Of a DNA stretch of 64,000 nt, positions 62,725 to 64,000 are shown piece after piece; position 1 is the first letter of the stretch; the number at the start of each line of letters is the position of its first letter. The stretch lies in NCBI GenBank assembly GCA_964511835.1, contig CAZEII010000019.1, forward strand, positions 1,288 to 65,287, given 5' to 3'. The notes under the pieces are model-generated. The model saw only the letters and a list, made by a program, of their open reading frames with translations. It was not told where the DNA came from and did no database searches. A program made the position numbers and the translations under genes. Origin of the DNA: an uncultured Acidobacteriota bacterium (GTDB taxonomy: Bacteria > Acidobacteriota > Polarisedimenticolia > Polarisedimenticolales > DASRJG01).

Positions 62725-64000
62725 TTGGAGACAACGGCACGACCGGAGCCGATCACCTTCGGGCGATCGCCCGACACGTACGTCCACTGGAAGCTGACGC
62801 TCGACCGCCCTCAGGCGAAGCTCGCGATGGCCGTCCAGGAAGACCATCCCCTGAGGCCGGGCTATCGCCTCAAGCTCAACTCCTACGACCTCGGGGTCGA
62901 CCTCGAGCTTTACGACGCCGTGCAGAGGCTTCGGTTCGAGCACCCCGAGGTTCGCTGCGTCGTGATCACCGGCGCGCTCGAACGGGTGTTTTGCGCGGGG
63001 GCGAACATCAACATGCTCGCCGGCTCCTCGCACGCCTTCAAGGTCAACTTCTGCAAGTTCACGAACGAGACCCGCCTCGCCATCGAGGACGCCTCGGCGA
63101 AGTCGGGGCAGAAGTATCTCGCCGCGCTGAACGGCGTCTGCGCGGGCGGCGGGTACGAGCTGGCCCTGGCGTGCGACGAGATCCTTCTCGTCGACGACGG
63201 GAACTCCGCGGTGAGCCTCCCGGAGGTCCCGCTCCTGGGCGTCTTGCCCGGCACCGGCGGTCTGACACGGCTCGTGGACAAGCGGAAGGTGCGGCGCGAT
63301 CTGGCCGACATGTTCTGCACGGTGGCCGAAGGGGTGAAGGGGAAGCGCGCGGTCGCGTGGAACCTGGTCGATGAGATCGCGACCAAGAGCCGGTTCGACG
63401 AAGCGATCGCGAAGCGAGCGAAAACCCTGGTGGCGTCCTCGCCGGCGCGGGCGACGACCGGGGTGCCCCTGCCGCCTCTCGCGGCCGAGAGGGACGGAGA
63501 CACGATCCGGTGGAAGCACGTCACTCTGTCGGTCGACCGGGACAAACGGACCGGGACGCTGACGGTGCGCGGGCCCGGGGCCGGTTTGCCGAAGGACCCC
63601 CGGGCGATCCGTGCGCTCGGGGCTACGTGGTGGCCGCTGGCGGCGTTCCGCGAGCTGGACGAGGCTCTTCTGACTCTGCGCCACAACGAAGAGGAGATCG
63701 GGCTGGTGCTTCTCAAGACGGAAGGGGACGTCGAGGCGTGCCTCGCGCTCGACGACGTTCTCGAGGCGAACGCCTCCGACTGGTTCGTCAACGAGGTGCG
63801 CGCGTTCATCGCTCGCACGCTGCGTCGCCTCGATCTCACCGCGCGCTCGCTCTACGCCCTGATCGAGCCCGGCTCCTGCTTCGCCGGCACGCTGTTCGAG
63901 CTGGCGCTGGCGGCCGATCGCTCCTACATGCTCTACGACGTCGACCGGCCCGTCGCGATCGCGGTGTCCGCGACGAACGGCGGCGCCTATCCGATGAGCC
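62725..64000 (+). CDS. boxC: 2,3-epoxybenzoyl-CoA dihydrolase / benzoyl-CoA-dihydrodiol lyase BoxC (N-terminal ~425 codons; continues past window end)
   Basis: The ORF is open at the window edge, so it is absent from the track. My translation from TTG 62725 reads LETTARPEPITFGRSPDTYVHWKLTLDRPQAKLAMAV...YRLKLNSYDLGVDLELYDAVQRLRFEHPEVRCVVITG...VFCAGANINML...HAFKVNFCKFTNETRLAIEDAS...CAGGGYELALACDEILLVDDGNSAVSLPEVPLLGVLPGTGGLTRLVDKRKVRRD, which matches the BoxC crotonase-family pattern. Confidence 0.85.
   Translation, partial: METTARPEPITFGRSPDTYVHWKLTLDRPQAKLAMAVQEDHPLRPGYRLKLNSYDLGVDLELYDAVQRLRFEHPEVRCVVITGALERVFCAGANINMLAGSSHAFKVNFCKFTNETRLAIEDASAKSGQKYLAALNGVCAGGGYELALACDEILLVDDGNSAVSLPEVPLLGVLPGTGGLTRLVDKRKVRRDLADMFCTVAEGVKGKRAVAWNLVDEIATKSRFDEAIAKRAKTLVASSPARATTGVPLPPLAAERDGDTIRWKHVTLSVDRDKRTGTLTVRGPGAGLPKDPRAIRALGATWWPLAAFRELDEALLTLRHNEEEIGLVLLKTEGDVEACLALDDVLEANASDWFVNEVRAFIARTLRRLDLTARSLYALIEPGSCFAGTLFELALAADRSYMLYDVDRPVAIAVSATNGGAYPMS

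Overview
This is a very GC-rich bacterial chromosomal window (judged by eye, not computed). It is densely coded on both strands, with about 60 protein genes and 2 tRNAs. I found no rRNA, no CRISPR array, and no recognisable transposase, integrase or phage genes. Many long Arg/Gly/Pro-rich ORFs in the track are antisense or out-of-frame shadows of the real genes. The gene content (ACIII, an acidobacterial-type VWA protein, many MacB/FtsX exporters, TPR proteins) tentatively suggests an Acidobacteriota-like organism, which I cannot verify here.

Gene content from left to right:
- Alternative complex III actB (partial) and actA.
- A heme/copper cofactor neighbourhood: DoxX, SCO1/SenC, hemH, hemY, DUF3179, ctaA.
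- A sulfatase-TPR operon, a methyltransferase, a DMT transporter and a trans-sulfuration PLP enzyme.
- A receiver-domain protein and a large TolB-like/amidohydrolase gene interrupted by one in-frame TAG.
- Two tandem PilZ paralogs, a GT2 glycosyltransferase, an alkyltransferase-like (ATL) protein, a GGDEF cyclase and a SWIM-SNF2 helicase.
- An operon of a double-DsbA protein, a GATase1-like protein and a secreted unknown protein.
- An FkbO/Hyg5-like chorismatase divergent from lutABC-like genes, and a protein combining a heavy-metal-binding domain with a 7-blade propeller.
- A three-gene operon of unknowns next to the tRNAs (secreted protein, 4x Cys-repeat protein, PIG-L deacetylase), then tRNA-Asp and tRNA-Val.
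- A ~12 kb divergent MacB-type exporter supercluster with 4 HlyD adaptors, 3 FtsX permeases, 1 ATPase, and secreted TPR and VWA proteins.
- A long co-directional array: Memo-like, AMMECR1, ctaB, fused homoaconitase-like, IDH-family, hrpB, LKR, SDH, DUF429-like.
- boxR, divergent from boxC (partial), with TGCA-N6-TGCA operator-like palindromes between them.

I did not find a demonstrable new system such as a defence island. The observations most worth follow-up are:
1. A modular family of long nested hairpin elements at three gene 3' ends, each flanked by TA.
2. The tRNA-proximal operon of unknowns, which includes a possible CTG start.
3. The exporter supercluster with its odd stoichiometry.
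4. The juxtaposition of saccharopine-pathway genes with homoaconitase-like and IDH-family genes.
5. The amber-interrupted amidohydrolase.
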